Below, in pieces: positions 62,844 through 64,000 of a stretch of 64,000 bases of DNA. Below the pieces are notes generated by a model. That model searched no databases. It saw only the letters and a list, made by a program, of their open reading frames with translations, and was not told where the DNA came from. Position numbers and translations under genes: made by a program. The stretch lies in NCBI GenBank assembly GCA_028534125.1, contig CM052816.1:2232001-2296000 (forward strand), written 5' to 3'. Source of the DNA: Lama glama (lineage: Eukaryota). The first letter of the stretch is position 1, and each line of letters starts with the position of its first letter.

Positions 62844-64000
62844 ATTTAAGTCACGGGATTGAACATCCAGTGAAGTATCCTCGTTTAGGATAAAATGTGG
62901 AGAACAGACACTAGGGCTGTGTGTGTGAGCGTGTGTATTTTATGCAAGATGACTTATAATGGGCTTCGCCAGTTAGGATCACCTGCCTCCGGGAAGGGGA
63001 CCACCCCTTATCGCCTGACTTGTGAATTTAAGGAGCCAAATACATATGTTTTACAAGATGTTATATGTACATTCGTATTGATAATCATAACATCATCTTG
63101 AGCTCGAATGGGAGATTTCTCTGTGATTGTTCAGTTAAGTGTACTGTGTAAATATAATAATGAGATCTGTGTGTGGAAAAGCCTAAATTTTTGATGAGCT
63201 GTTGGCCTCTGCCATGCGTGACGGCATAGAGCCAGGAGCCAGGGTGACTGAGGGGACGTTGGGAAGCCAGCAGAGCCCTGCTAGACGGCTAGTAAGACCG
63301 TCTCCTGTTAGCATGGGGGCTGCCGGGGCTGCTGGCTGTTGCGTTGCTGTCACAAGCAGACATCCATCACTTCTGCTGACCGCATTGGTGTAAGCCAGCC
63401 GCAAAGTAGACTTCTAAAAGATCCCTCTTTCATCCAGCTGATTCACTCCTTTGCACCGTGGTTTGCTTCGCTAAGCCCCGCAGTCAGAGCCACCTCTCTT
63501 TTCCTTTGTCACAGGGTTGGGGACCCCACAACCATCTACCCAGCTCTGGCCCAGTGGCAACTTACTGATCTCTATCTTGCAACTTGCCCCAAGCCAACTT
63601 TTCCAGCTGAGAAACAAGTAACTTGACTGCTTCTGGGGACAGAGGCACAGAAAGGCAAAACCGACATCAGCCTGTTTCATTGAAGGTGGAGCTCTGAATT
63701 ACAGACCTCCTCCCCAGAAAAAGCCTCCTTAAAAACAGGGAAAACCTAATGAACATGATAGAAATGGCTGCTGTAGCTACTTTTGTCAAATGACGACTGA
63801 TACCAACCTTCTTGTAATGGAGAAAAAGAACAAAACAGGCATAAACATATTCTGCTTGGATCATTCATCCAGTCGGAATTACATGTCATCTGTTCTTAAA
63901 GTCAGAATCTGCAGGGTGGATACAGGTCTTCCTTTCCCATCTTTCCATGCAAACATCAGTGTAAACCCTTCTTAGGACAGTGAGTTGAATGAGTTCTAGA

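Overview
Mammalian nuclear DNA, almost entirely intronic. The lineage-specific tRNA-derived SINEs and L1 3' ends point to a camelid (Camelus/Vicugna). The window lies inside EBF1 (COE/Olf-1 family transcription factor), transcribed on the + strand. Only one coding exon is readable: 45445-45586, encoding [47 protein letters not shown]. This is the end of the COE DNA-binding domain (exon 8 in human numbering) and it has two competing in-frame 5' splice sites. The preceding small exon ([28 protein letters not shown]) is not visible and probably lies under the N-run at 30986-31117. The next exon is not in the window. The rest is typical eutherian intron: MIR, L2, old L1M, MLT1 LTRs, hAT-Charlie MITEs, younger camelid L1 3' ends and SINEs with target-site duplications, microsatellites, and several repeat-free, homeodomain-motif-dense blocks that look like conserved enhancers. 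The N-runs look like exact-length masks rather than size-estimated assembly gaps. Other ORFs in the track appear spurious. I found no convincing new multi-gene system. The best leads are a possible intronic-polyadenylation (DBD-only) EBF1 isoform, candidate enhancers and the masked blocks. Repeat family names and consensus comparisons are from memory, and repeat boundaries are approximate.
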